Virus record (IMG/VR): IMGVR_UViG_3300033075_001196
Location: 1 to 64,000 of that record
Strand: one strand, 5' to 3'
Length of the DNA: 64,000 bases
From: a virus
Lineage: Duplodnaviria; Caudoviricetes
Shown here: piece by piece, positions 1 to 9,014 of the stretch
How the letters are laid out: every line of letters begins with the position of its first letter
Position numbering within the stretch: position 1 is the first letter of the stretch
Notes under the pieces: model-generated
Seen by the model: the letters and a program-made list of their open reading frames with translations, nothing else
What the model was told of the DNA's origin: nothing
Databases searched by the model: none
Made by a program: the position numbers and the translations under genes

Positions 1-36
1 CAAAGTGTTATATGTTACCAATTACACCACGAGTCA
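1..36 (-). tRNA. tRNA-Gln(TTG), 5' half only (cut by window edge)
   Basis: Minus strand TGACTCG-TG-GTGTAATTGGTAACAT-ATAACA-CTTTG: acceptor, D arm and start of the anticodon loop. Confidence 0.7.
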
Positions 37-47
37 ATAAAAAATAA

Positions 48-123
48 GGGTGAACAAGGAGCAATGATCTCCCACCTCCTAGAATCACAATCTAGAGCTC
101 TGCCAATTAAGCTATGTACACCA
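48..123 (-). tRNA. tRNA-His(GTG)
   Basis: Cloverleaf with anticodon arm CTAGA-TTGTGAT-TCTAG; atypical T loop ATCATTG. Confidence 0.85.
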
Positions 124-128
124 TGTAA

Positions 129-290
129 TTACTTGTTTAAATATTTAAACATTTCTTCTTTAAATGATTCACCAAATTTTTGTTCAAATTCTTTAGTTAA
201 CTGCTCCTCATAGAATGGTGATTTCGGATTAGTAACAGCATCTATATCTTGTCTGAGATCTATATTCCATACTGCTTTTAATTTTTTCAT
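129..290 (-). CDS. 53-aa small protein resembling a segment of T4 gp23-type major capsid protein
   Basis: ATG at 290 to TAA at 129: MKKLKAVWNIDLRQDIDAVTNPKSPFYEEQLTKEFEQKFGESFKEEMFKYLNK; absent from the supplied ORF track. Confidence 0.55.
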   Translation of the reverse strand: MKKLKAVWNIDLRQDIDAVTNPKSPFYEEQLTKEFEQKFGESFKEEMFKYLNK

Positions 291-311
291 AATAAAGTCA
301 TTTGTTTAATT

Positions 312-343
312 AAAAAAGCCCTTCCGTCACTACTATTGGGAGG
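312..343 (-). terminator. Intrinsic terminator within tRNA cluster
   Basis: CCCTCCC...GGAAGGG hairpin followed by a T6 run on minus. Confidence 0.5.
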
Positions 344-410
344 GATTGTCACAACAACCTTCATTTCTTAAGTAAGTAGGAGATTTAAAAATCTCTGTTG
401 TGTTCAATTG

Positions 411-480
411 TCCGGGTGATTGTCACGACACAACATCTTCTATGTCCCAAACATAGTGCTTTGCTTTAAGCTACACCCAG
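411..480 (-). tRNA. tRNA-Pro(TGG)
   Basis: Acceptor CTGGGTG/CACCCGG; anticodon arm CTATG-TTTGGGA-CATAG; degenerate T arm. Confidence 0.8.
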
Positions 481-550
481 TTGGTCCAGGTTCCTAAACT
501 TACTCCGCATGGAGTATAAAATCTTCGCTGGAATGATTTTTCTTTATAAA

Positions 551-625
551 GGCGAGAATAGAAAGCCACGATCTCTCAACCTTCGGGTTTGGAAGCCGAC
601 GCTCTGCCAGTTGAGCTATATTCCC
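551..625 (-). tRNA. tRNA-Trp(CCA)
   Basis: D arm TAGCTCAACTGGCAGAGC; anticodon loop TTCCAAA; T loop ATCGTGG. Confidence 0.85.
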
Positions 626-631
626 ATTAAT

Positions 632-1237
632 TTATTTTTTTATAATTCCTAATTCAGATAATTCCTTACCAGTTAAAATTAGTAATTGATGTGGAAAATA
701 TTTCCATTTTGCTTTATCTTTTTCAGTTACATAACCTTTTGTTTCTATATAACAATCTTCTTTAATTAGATAAAAATCTGGAATATATTGCCTTATTTTA
801 TTATCCCAAAGATATGGAAATAATTTTGTATTTCTAATCCATGCAATTTCACATTTATCTAGATATTTGGCATATTCTAATTCATATGAACTATCAAGGA
901 ACACTTTACCGGCACTGGGACTAATATACCAGGATTTCTTCCCTCGTCCGGAACCTTGTCTATATCCTCCTGAATTAGGATTTTTTTTCATTGAATTAGA
1001 TATTTTAATGCGCCTATCAATTTCTTTAATATTAGTTTTATTCCATTCATTGGAATTCTTTCTATTTTGTATTGATAATGATATTTTACTTCTCATTTCG
1101 GATGCATTTTGACCATAAATTTCTTCGTATGACTTTCCCTTTCTAGAATTAGAATGTGGATTTTTTATACAATTATTTACATGTCCTCCGATTTTAAATC
1201 GTTCAAATTCAGCATTACAAAATTTACATTTATACAT
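632..1237 (-). CDS. Free-standing PD-(D/E)xK (TnsA-like) endonuclease with N-terminal zinc finger, probable homing endonuclease
   Basis: CKFC...H..NC finger; SSYELEY...YIPDF...YIETKG motif; sits between tRNA genes. Confidence 0.75.
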   Translation of the reverse strand: MYKCKFCNAEFERFKIGGHVNNCIKNPHSNSRKGKSYEEIYGQNASEMRSKISLSIQNRKNSNEWNKTNIKEIDRRIKISNSMKKNPNSGGYRQGSGRGKKSWYISPSAGKVFLDSSYELEYAKYLDKCEIAWIRNTKLFPYLWDNKIRQYIPDFYLIKEDCYIETKGYVTEKDKAKWKYFPHQLLILTGKELSELGIIKK

Positions 1238-1314
1238 TTATTCTATTTAAAAATAAATATAATTTAAATGTAAAAATCAAGAGTGTGTATCTAACATTTC
1301 ATATAAAATAAAAA

Positions 1315-1400
1315 GGAGGAAGAAGGAAGTGTCGATCTCCTACCCTTTCAGGCACATCCCGGCTTTCAAAGCCAGTTGCTAGGCCGCTAGCGCTTCTTCC
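1315..1400 (-). tRNA. tRNA-Ser(TGA), long variable arm
   Basis: Acceptor GGAAGAA/TTCTTCC; anticodon arm CTGGC-TTTGAAA-GCCGG; variable arm GCCTGAAAGGGT. Confidence 0.75.
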
Positions 1401-1442
1401 AATTATGGATATTCAACATTTCAAAGAACATTTATTTGATAG

Positions 1443-1515
1443 TGGAGATATCGGAGTACGATCCCGAATTATAAGTGTGCAAAACTTATGTGTTATCCAT
1501 TTATCACTATATCCC
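1443..1515 (-). tRNA. tRNA-Ala(TGC)
   Basis: GGGGATA/TATCTCC with G3:U70; anticodon loop TTTGCAC. Confidence 0.9.
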
Positions 1516-1529
1516 CAAATAAATTATTG

Positions 1530-1600
1530 TGGAGAAGGAGATAATCGAAATCTCATGCAAATGTTTTACAGACATGGCCTACTACCCTGGTATCTTCTCC
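1530..1600 (-). tRNA. tRNA-Tyr(GTA), compact atypical
   Basis: GGAGAAG/CTTCTCC-A; loop CTGTAAA; T arm GAGAT-TTCGATT-ATCTC; no long variable arm. Confidence 0.7.
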
Positions 1601-1615
1601 GAAATTATTAACAAT

Positions 1616-1650
1616 AAAAAAGCCTTAAAAAAACTTCTTCTTTAAGGCTT
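1616..1650 (-). terminator. Attenuator terminator upstream of tRNA operon
   Basis: AAGCCTTAAA/TTTAAGGCTT 10-bp stem plus T run, just upstream of tRNA-Tyr. Confidence 0.8.
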
Positions 1651-1678
1651 GATATATTTGAATTTTGTTTAAATTAAA

Positions 1679-1786
1679 TTACAACAACATATCAAGCCTG
1701 TTTCTTCCCGCAAATAACACACAAATCGGAAGATTATTCCAATACTGGTTATAAAGTGGGGACGATATTTGCTTACTATGTTTCAT
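1679..1786 (-). CDS. 35-aa putative leader peptide
   Basis: MKHSKQISSPLYNQYWNNLPICVLFAGRNRLDMLL; lies between promoter and terminator; last codons overlap the antiterminator strand. Confidence 0.7.
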   Translation of the reverse strand: MKHSKQISSPLYNQYWNNLPICVLFAGRNRLDMLL

Positions 1787-1816
1787 TTTAATAATACAAT
1801 ATTTCAATTTCTTATC

Positions 1817-1850
1817 ATAAAGGTAAGAAAAGATTTTCAATTGACCAAAT
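1817..1850 (-). promoter_or_regulatory. Bacteroidota-type (-33/-7) promoter driving tRNA cluster 1
   Basis: TTTGGTCAATTGAAAATCTTTTCTTACCTTTAT; related copies at ~12048, 13381, 14424, 15842, 17775, 31247, 34293, 37549, 40342, 43590, 53599, 59600 (minus) and ~17895, 20188 (plus). Confidence 0.8.
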
Positions 1851-1902
1851 TTATTTTAAGTTTTTTAATAAAAATATTTATTATATAATTATTATCGGGA
1901 TT

Positions 1903-1910
1903 ATATTTAT
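1903..1910 (+). promoter_or_regulatory. Putative late promoter motif ATATTTAT
   Basis: Same octamer just upstream of genes at 6353 (plus) and 1253, 9592, 9905, 10890, 40883, 42443, 48876, 51640 (minus). Confidence 0.55.
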
Positions 1911-1921
1911 AATAAAAATAA

Positions 1922-2245
1922 ATGAAAGAATTTCTTAAATGGTCTGATATTCGTATAGGAACATGGAATTCTAATCCATTTACATGGGATGATGTTGCAC
2001 TAATTGAAGAAATTGAAGTAGTTGGTGGAGGTAATTTAGATAGCTCTTTGGCTTATGTTAATAAATTACCCAAGAAAAGAAAACTACAATTAATAAAAAT
2101 TATATTAACATTACAAAATAAGGAATTTATTGAGACAAAATATAAAAATAGTAAACATATTAAGATCAATATTGACGATATTAAGCTGCTTTTAGAAAAT
2201 AAACCCAAGGTAACTGCCATCGTTAAACTTAAACCCAAAGACTAG
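1922..2245 (+). CDS. Hypothetical late protein
   Basis: 107-aa ORF after late motif, first of a structural operon. Confidence 0.7.
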   Translation: MKEFLKWSDIRIGTWNSNPFTWDDVALIEEIEVVGGGNLDSSLAYVNKLPKKRKLQLIKIILTLQNKEFIETKYKNSKHIKINIDDIKLLLENKPKVTAIVKLKPKD

Positions 2246-2247
2246 TT

Positions 2248-3810
2248 GTGCCGAATCAATATGATTTAACTAATGAATATGTATCATCAACATACGGGCG
2301 AGTTCTACAAATTGTAAGTTCTAGTTTATATGATGGATTTGGTAATCCTGTATTTATACATTCTGGTAGCAGTTTGCATATTCGGGAAGAAGTTACTATT
2401 ACACAGCAGACATCTAGTTATAACTATTCTTTATTACAAGGAGCCCAATCTGGATCATCTGTTGAAATATACTATAACGGTCAATTATTAAATTTAACAT
2501 CCTATTCTAATATAGGACCAGTATATACACTAGATTCAAATTTTGAAGTATATGTTGGTGATGTTTTAACATTTATATATTATGTAAATAATACCTCTGG
2601 ATCTGGAGGAGGATCAAGCGCATCATCCAGCTATGCAGATTACGCCGCTACAGCTTCATATTTATTAGGATCAATTTCAAGTGCATCATATTCTACTTAT
2701 GCAGAAACTGCTAGCTATGTAATTAGTAGCTCACATTCAAATAACTCAGATCAAAGTATTAGTTCTAGTTATGCACCAGCTCAGCCAACTAGTAGTTATT
2801 CATTAATGTCTTTATCTGCATCTTGGGCACCTGGTGGAAGTTCAATAAGCAGTAGCTATTCAAATAATAGTTCAACTAGTGATAATTCAATATCATCATC
2901 ACACTCAATAATCTCCGATACAGCTAGTTATTTTAATGGGAATGTAATAACTTCAAGTTATAGTGTCAGTTCTAGTTATTCAAATAGAACTTTATCAGCA
3001 TCATATGCACCAATGCCAGACACATCAAGTTATTCAATTAATTCTTTAAGTTCATCTTGGGCTCCTATACAAATTAGTAGTAGTTATTCAGTGTCTTCTT
3101 CATATACTGTTTCTTCAAGTTATGCACCGGCACAACCAACTAGTAGTTATTCAATAAATTCATTGACTGCAAGTTATGCAAAAACAGTTGATGTACAATC
3201 AACGGCTAGTTATTCTATTAGTTCAAGTCAAACTGATTATGCAAATACTGCGTCATATTATAATGGTAGTGTTGTTAGTTCTAGTTATTCAAGTACTTCA
3301 AGTTATTCAGATAGAACCATTTCAGCTAGTTATGCTCCATCCCAACCAACTAGTAGTTATTCAATAAATTCAAGTACATCAAGTTATAATATCAGCTCTA
3401 GCCATGCGCTTCTAGCTGATTCCGCATCATCTGTAATTAGTTCCAGTTATAGTACAACATCATCATATTCAGTGTTTAATCCATATATTGTAACTATTGG
3501 ATCAAGAATAAGCACTGAAGACACATATATAACTGCAGGATCAAAGGGATATAAACACATTGGATATCCATGTACTATAGTTAAAGCAAGGACTATAACA
3601 GGTGGAACTGGCAGTATTGATATTAATATAAAGAGGAATGGAAGTTTATTAGGAAATATTAATATAACAAGCAATACAGGATCGTATGATACTGCACTAG
3701 TTGGGTGGACTACTCAATTAGATACAGATGATTTAATAGAATTTTATGTTAGTGGTTCATCAGTGTATATAACTGATGTCACTATATTTATAGATATAAA
3801 GGCAAGGTAA
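2248..3810 (+). CDS. Ser-rich repeat virion fibre/decoration protein
   Basis: Many SSSYS/SASYA/TASY repeats between globular N- and C-terminal domains. Confidence 0.7.
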   Translation: MPNQYDLTNEYVSSTYGRVLQIVSSSLYDGFGNPVFIHSGSSLHIREEVTITQQTSSYNYSLLQGAQSGSSVEIYYNGQLLNLTSYSNIGPVYTLDSNFEVYVGDVLTFIYYVNNTSGSGGGSSASSSYADYAATASYLLGSISSASYSTYAETASYVISSSHSNNSDQSISSSYAPAQPTSSYSLMSLSASWAPGGSSISSSYSNNSSTSDNSISSSHSIISDTASYFNGNVITSSYSVSSSYSNRTLSASYAPMPDTSSYSINSLSSSWAPIQISSSYSVSSSYTVSSSYAPAQPTSSYSINSLTASYAKTVDVQSTASYSISSSQTDYANTASYYNGSVVSSSYSSTSSYSDRTISASYAPSQPTSSYSINSSTSSYNISSSHALLADSASSVISSSYSTTSSYSVFNPYIVTIGSRISTEDTYITAGSKGYKHIGYPCTIVKARTITGGTGSIDINIKRNGSLLGNINITSNTGSYDTALVGWTTQLDTDDLIEFYVSGSSVYITDVTIFIDIKAR

Positions 3811-3813
3811 TTT

Positions 3814-6174
3814 ATGAAAGTAGCTGTAGAGCACACATTTACAGGAGCAACAGGATCTCTAAGCGGATCATATGATGCAACAAAAACAATGTTGGGTACA
3901 TTAATAAAACAATTTAGTGGATCATTATCTACTGATAAGTATGTTAGTGTTAATCCACCAGTTTTAATGAACATGACTGAAATTGCGGGATTTTCTTTCG
4001 TTTCACCACACGTTTATAAATGGTCGTCAAATATTTATTGGATATTTGTGTCAGCGAATGCCGCCGCCGCAGTAACACGAAATATAGGATTATTTGAGTA
4101 TAATTATTCAGCAAATACTATTACTTGGAAAGGATATATAACTTTATCGGGTACTACAATTGCGGGTGTAAAAATTATTAGAGGATTTCGATCATATGTA
4201 TACAAACATACAACAGGTTATGTATCAACTGGTGGATCAACATCTACGGTTGTGACAGGATCTGGTACACAATTTGTAACAGAACGAATTGCCACTGGCG
4301 CAAGAATTGGGTTTGGGTCAGCTGATCCAAATAGCATCTCTACTTGGTATGATATATCTAGTATTGCTAGCGACACAGAATTAACACTAAGTGGTGCTGT
4401 TTCGGTACCAGTTAGTAGTTCATATGTTATAGAAGAAATTCGTTTGGCAATTAATTGTACCAATGCGACATTATACAATGGTGGGGTGCATCTTATCAAA
4501 GGATTAAATTATGGAACATTCGCGCTTGGTGGCACTGTAATTTCGGAAGCAACAACCGTTGATAATGTTAGAGCATCATATCTATTACGGGATATTGCAC
4601 CCGCAACTTGTACTATACCAGTTGCAACGCCAGCAGTTGTTACTAAAGTAGGGCATGGATATGTTGCAGGAGATTTAGTATCATTTTCAACCACTGGTAC
4701 ATTAACAGGTCCAACAGTGAATACAACATTTTATGTAAGTGCAACGGGGTTAACGGCTGACACATTTCAATTCTCAGCAACATTAGGTGGTGCATCTGTA
4801 GCATGCACTGTATCGTCTGGAACTCATACACTATATTCCGGGTTATTAAACAATGGAATGGGTATTACGGCTGATGATTTTATTAGTAATACTCAGCAGT
4901 ATGCGTATGTATTGAATAGTGATAATGCTACAACAACTCGTATTCATAAATTTAATTTGAGGGAGGCGTTGACTGTAGCCGGGGGAATATCTTATAGTGC
5001 TTGGACGCTTAAAACTCTTGGGCTGACGACAGTTGGAACCGTCCAACAACAAGGTAATGGGCGAGTATTTAGCGTCTCCCACGGAGCAGCATCAGGAATT
5101 AAGAGCTTATATTTTGTCACAGCAACTAGAGTATATCGATGTGCTATTTCAGATATTACTGCGGGTAGTTCAAATTGGCTGTCGGATTCTATGATAGAAA
5201 ACCCGCCCGGATCTGTTACCACTAATTTGGGTACCAATGCATTTTTACAAGTAGATTATAGTGCAATGCTGGATAGACTGTTAATATCATGTACATTGGC
5301 TGGTAGACACGGCACGTATATCGCGCAATATGATCCATCTAATCCACAATTTGAAAAACTCTTCGGGCAGATTACTAATAGAACTAAACTTACCACATCA
5401 GCCGTCGGAAGTGTTGATGCGATATTTTCACCAGCTGCATTAACTATGTGGACGGAAGACGGGATATTATTTGCTGCTCCGAATATTTTAACTTCTGGAT
5501 TAAATTGGTTAGCAGTATTACCAATTGGTGCAGATGCATATTATGCCGCTAGTACTAACCAAAAGATAATTACCCCTAAATTACCAACTACAAATGCGAC
5601 TAAATTATATCGGGCATATGTGCATACAAATCATTATACTGGTGATTTCAATCTAGGATATACTCCAGAACCAATTAGGTTGTTTTATAGAACATCTGGG
5701 ATTGATGATAATTCAGGAGCATGGACTGAGACAATATCTGGAGATTTAACTGCAATTACACCAAGCACATACATACAATTCATGGTGTATTTAGATATAT
5801 TGGGAGAATTTTGCGTTCCTAGGAGAGTATATTCAATTTGCTGTGTATATGAAGATGGATCGCAGGATTCTCACTATGAACCATCGTTGACATATTCATC
5901 CGCTCAAAATAGGCAATTTACGTGGAGACAAATTACTGCTTGGGGATCTAGTATTCCAAATCTTAGATTACAATTATTTAATGTAGCAAATGGCTTTTCA
6001 GTACTGGATGATGATATAACTTCATCTTCTAGTGGTACATGGGAATATTCAACAGATGCAGTAACTTGGTTATCGTGGAATAGTGCCCAGGATGTAATTG
6101 GGAATTATATTAGATACACTGCGACAACTTTACCTAATAATATCACCGTTAGAGCATTAATCACACAGGCATAA
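3814..6174 (+). CDS. Large beta-rich virion structural/tail-associated protein
   Basis: 786 aa, T/S/G-rich; VTGSGTQF and HGYVAGDLVSF fibre-type modules. Confidence 0.7.
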   Translation: MKVAVEHTFTGATGSLSGSYDATKTMLGTLIKQFSGSLSTDKYVSVNPPVLMNMTEIAGFSFVSPHVYKWSSNIYWIFVSANAAAAVTRNIGLFEYNYSANTITWKGYITLSGTTIAGVKIIRGFRSYVYKHTTGYVSTGGSTSTVVTGSGTQFVTERIATGARIGFGSADPNSISTWYDISSIASDTELTLSGAVSVPVSSSYVIEEIRLAINCTNATLYNGGVHLIKGLNYGTFALGGTVISEATTVDNVRASYLLRDIAPATCTIPVATPAVVTKVGHGYVAGDLVSFSTTGTLTGPTVNTTFYVSATGLTADTFQFSATLGGASVACTVSSGTHTLYSGLLNNGMGITADDFISNTQQYAYVLNSDNATTTRIHKFNLREALTVAGGISYSAWTLKTLGLTTVGTVQQQGNGRVFSVSHGAASGIKSLYFVTATRVYRCAISDITAGSSNWLSDSMIENPPGSVTTNLGTNAFLQVDYSAMLDRLLISCTLAGRHGTYIAQYDPSNPQFEKLFGQITNRTKLTTSAVGSVDAIFSPAALTMWTEDGILFAAPNILTSGLNWLAVLPIGADAYYAASTNQKIITPKLPTTNATKLYRAYVHTNHYTGDFNLGYTPEPIRLFYRTSGIDDNSGAWTETISGDLTAITPSTYIQFMVYLDILGEFCVPRRVYSICCVYEDGSQDSHYEPSLTYSSAQNRQFTWRQITAWGSSIPNLRLQLFNVANGFSVLDDDITSSSSGTWEYSTDAVTWLSWNSAQDVIGNYIRYTATTLPNNITVRALITQA

Positions 6175-6175
6175 T

Positions 6176-6343
6176 ATGGCATTAACTGATATATTATTTG
6201 CAATAACTGGATCAGCTGTTGGTCCAACATATACTATTGAATTGCCATTTTCTGGATCAGCAGGCAGTCCTATATTAATTGAAGCTCAAACGGTATTATT
6301 TGAAAAAAAATTATTTGGATCAGAAAATAAATCAGTATTTTAA
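6176..6343 (+). CDS. 55-aa structural-operon protein
   Basis: ATG directly after upstream stop: MALTDILFAITGSAVGPTYTIELPFSGSAG...ENKSVF. Confidence 0.6.
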   Translation: MALTDILFAITGSAVGPTYTIELPFSGSAGSPILIEAQTVLFEKKLFGSENKSVF

Positions 6344-6382
6344 TATTACCATATATTTATTAATAAATAAAGGAATCATCAA

Positions 6383-7153
6383 ATGTCATTAAGTAAAATC
6401 AGGGCATATAATCAAATATTATCACAGTCCATTACACCTGCTGAATTGAGTTCATCAATAGCTGGTAATGGATTAACAGGCGGTGCTGGCTCTGCACTGA
6501 GTGTAATATATGGATCTGGAGCGAACCAAGCGGCACAAGGTAATACTAGTTTATCTTCAAGAGGAACAGCTCGCCAAATTACTGTGGCATCATCATCTGC
6601 AATTACGGCAGGTTCTGGTGGTGAGATAACCTATTCCATTCCAGCAGATTTTGCAAATACTTCAGGTTCATTCCAATATATTTCAGGATCACAAGCTGTA
6701 ATAGGATCTGGGTCATTTCAATTTTTATCTGGTTCATATATTGCTGCACCAACAGCATCATTTGGAGTACTAAATGCGACAGTATTTAATCCAGCTAATA
6801 TTAGTACAACTAATGTTACAACCACTTCAGCTTCTATAACTTCTGGATCAATTACGGAATTAAGAGTAACACACATCAATAGAGCAGATTTATTTGCTCA
6901 ATATGTATTTAATTCCACATTAATTTTCAGTAGTTCAGCAACATCATTATCTCGTTGGTACATTAACAACACCCCAGTATTTGGTGGAAGTGAAATGATA
7001 TTTGTTAATGGAATGCTACAAGATAGTGGATCTACAAATGATTATACTATTGATTTACAAACTGTGTCTGGATCTTTAAGAACTGTATTTATATTCAATT
7101 ATGAAGTTCCAGGTGATTCTAAAGTTAAATGTTCATATATTCCTATATCATAA
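6383..7153 (+). CDS. Virion structural protein (fibre-like)
   Basis: SGSF repeats, AGNGLTGG motif, C-terminal FVNGMLQ...DY domain. Confidence 0.7.
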   Translation: MSLSKIRAYNQILSQSITPAELSSSIAGNGLTGGAGSALSVIYGSGANQAAQGNTSLSSRGTARQITVASSSAITAGSGGEITYSIPADFANTSGSFQYISGSQAVIGSGSFQFLSGSYIAAPTASFGVLNATVFNPANISTTNVTTTSASITSGSITELRVTHINRADLFAQYVFNSTLIFSSSATSLSRWYINNTPVFGGSEMIFVNGMLQDSGSTNDYTIDLQTVSGSLRTVFIFNYEVPGDSKVKCSYIPIS

Positions 7154-7161
7154 TAAATTAA

Positions 7162-8481
7162 ATGTCTCAAACTACAATTAAGGGCACTCAAGTTTATGAT
7201 CAAACAATTGATCCTTTATACGATCTAAAATTACCTACTGGATCCAACAGTGCATCAATAGCATTACTTGGTGATGGAACTTGGGGAACACCTCCCAGTG
7301 CAAGTTATGCAGTAAGCGCTTCATGGGCGCCTGGCGGAAGTTCGGTTTCTTCATCATATGCTAATTCAAGTAGCTGGGCAAATAATGTTATATCTGCCAG
7401 CTATGCACAGACTGCTAGTTATGCGGACCAATTAAATAGATCTGCTTCTATATCGGTGATGAATTATCAATTAACCGATCAAGCTACAAATAATCTGGTA
7501 CCCAATTACTATTCATCATTTGGTGTATTATCATTAAATAATATAGTAAAACTTAATGCTGAATCATTTATGCGCGGTATCACTGGTATAATGTCTCAAT
7601 CTATAAATACTAAATTAATACTTATAAATACAGGATCAAATTCAATATACATAACTGGAGAACATCCCAGTTCATCGGCTGCCAATAGAATTTTATATCA
7701 TGAAGATATTATAATATCACAATATCAATCAGTTGAGCTTTTTTATGATGTAACATTAGCTAGATGGTTGGTCACAAATTATTCACCCAAATCTACATTT
7801 AGGATATTATCAAATATTGCCAATCCTGGAACAGTTACAGCAGGTGATGCAGGGCACTATGGATTTTTGGCAGTTAGTGGTGGCGCAGTTGCTAATAGCG
7901 AGGCAGAAATTTCAAATATAGGTACAGCCTGGCGATTGGCAACTGGTACCACTAGTGCTAAAGGTGCACAAATTATATATTTAAATAAAGCATTTGGATC
8001 CGCAGGTACAGTTGGAGCACACCATTTGTCTGCAGAGGCAACTGTTGCTGTAGATACATTATCAACTGGGGCACAGGGATATATGATTGAAGTAGGATTA
8101 TGTGCGGCCGCCGCTGCAGCAGTTGGTATATGTCCATCATCATCTTGTGGAATTAGATATACTGATATATCATCATCTGGAAATTTTGAGGGATGGTCGC
8201 ATGGTAATGCATCAGCCATTAACTATCCTATTAGAATTGATCTAGGTGTTCCAGTTGTTGTTAACACTGTATATAATTTAAGAACTGAAATCAGTAGAAA
8301 TAGAGAAGTAAGATTTTATATTAATGGCGACCTGAAGGGAGTTATAGCTGCAGATATATCAGACTCTAAATACATGCTAACAGGCGGAGCTGCAGCCAGG
8401 GCATCAATTACTAAAACTGTAGGGACATCTAATAGATTTTTATATGTATCTCAGTTACATGGAAGAGTATTATTAAAATAA
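7162..8481 (+). CDS. Virion fibre-like protein
   Basis: LLGDGTW motif; SASWAPGG/SASYA repeats shared with 2248..3810; beta-rich C-terminus. Confidence 0.7.
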   Translation: MSQTTIKGTQVYDQTIDPLYDLKLPTGSNSASIALLGDGTWGTPPSASYAVSASWAPGGSSVSSSYANSSSWANNVISASYAQTASYADQLNRSASISVMNYQLTDQATNNLVPNYYSSFGVLSLNNIVKLNAESFMRGITGIMSQSINTKLILINTGSNSIYITGEHPSSSAANRILYHEDIIISQYQSVELFYDVTLARWLVTNYSPKSTFRILSNIANPGTVTAGDAGHYGFLAVSGGAVANSEAEISNIGTAWRLATGTTSAKGAQIIYLNKAFGSAGTVGAHHLSAEATVAVDTLSTGAQGYMIEVGLCAAAAAAVGICPSSSCGIRYTDISSSGNFEGWSHGNASAINYPIRIDLGVPVVVNTVYNLRTEISRNREVRFYINGDLKGVIAADISDSKYMLTGGAAARASITKTVGTSNRFLYVSQLHGRVLLK

Positions 8482-8494
8482 ACAAAGGATTATT

Positions 8495-8920
8495 ATGGCA
8501 ACTAGGAAAGAACAAACATCATATGCCACTTCATTGGCGTTAAAAAATGCTTTGAATTCAAAGGGTATGAATACTGATGTGATGGTAGATCAAGTGTTTT
8601 ATGAATCAAATGCTAACACATAACATTTAGCTATTTCACAACAAGGTGATGATACATATAGGGTAGTAACAATTGTATCTGGGGTATCTTCCTTCGATTT
8701 CGTTTCTAAAACAGATCCATTACTAGTTAGAATGTTAACACGCAGGGAACTAGAAATTGAAATAAATAATCTTAATAATATACAAGAATCATCATGGGTT
8801 CTAAATGGTAGTATATATACTTATACCATTATTAAAGATAATGTCACATACACTGCAACTGATACTAAACTTGTTGACGCAATGTGTAAATGTTATAAGA
8901 AAGTGGTAGATTCTTTATAA
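8495..8920 (+). pseudogene. 141-codon frame interrupted by one in-frame TAA (8621-8623)
   Basis: MATRKEQ...NANT*HLAISQQG... continues in frame into the 8732..8920 ORF. Confidence 0.65.
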
Positions 8921-9014
8921 TCTAATTTCTAATTTTACTAAGATGTACAAGGTGTAATTTGACTGGTATATATTTATATACCTTTATAAAGATCTCTTGT
9001 TAGAGCTAAGGATA

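Noticed and set aside
1315-1400. tRNA-Sec
   Set aside because: Anticodon is TGA, not TCA, and the acceptor stem is 7 bp
1405-1611. 68-aa plus-strand ORF
   Set aside because: Antisense to tRNA-Ala and tRNA-Tyr
2248-8481. Diversity-generating retroelement target
   Set aside because: No reverse transcriptase or adenine-variant template pair seen; repeats are coding low-complexity
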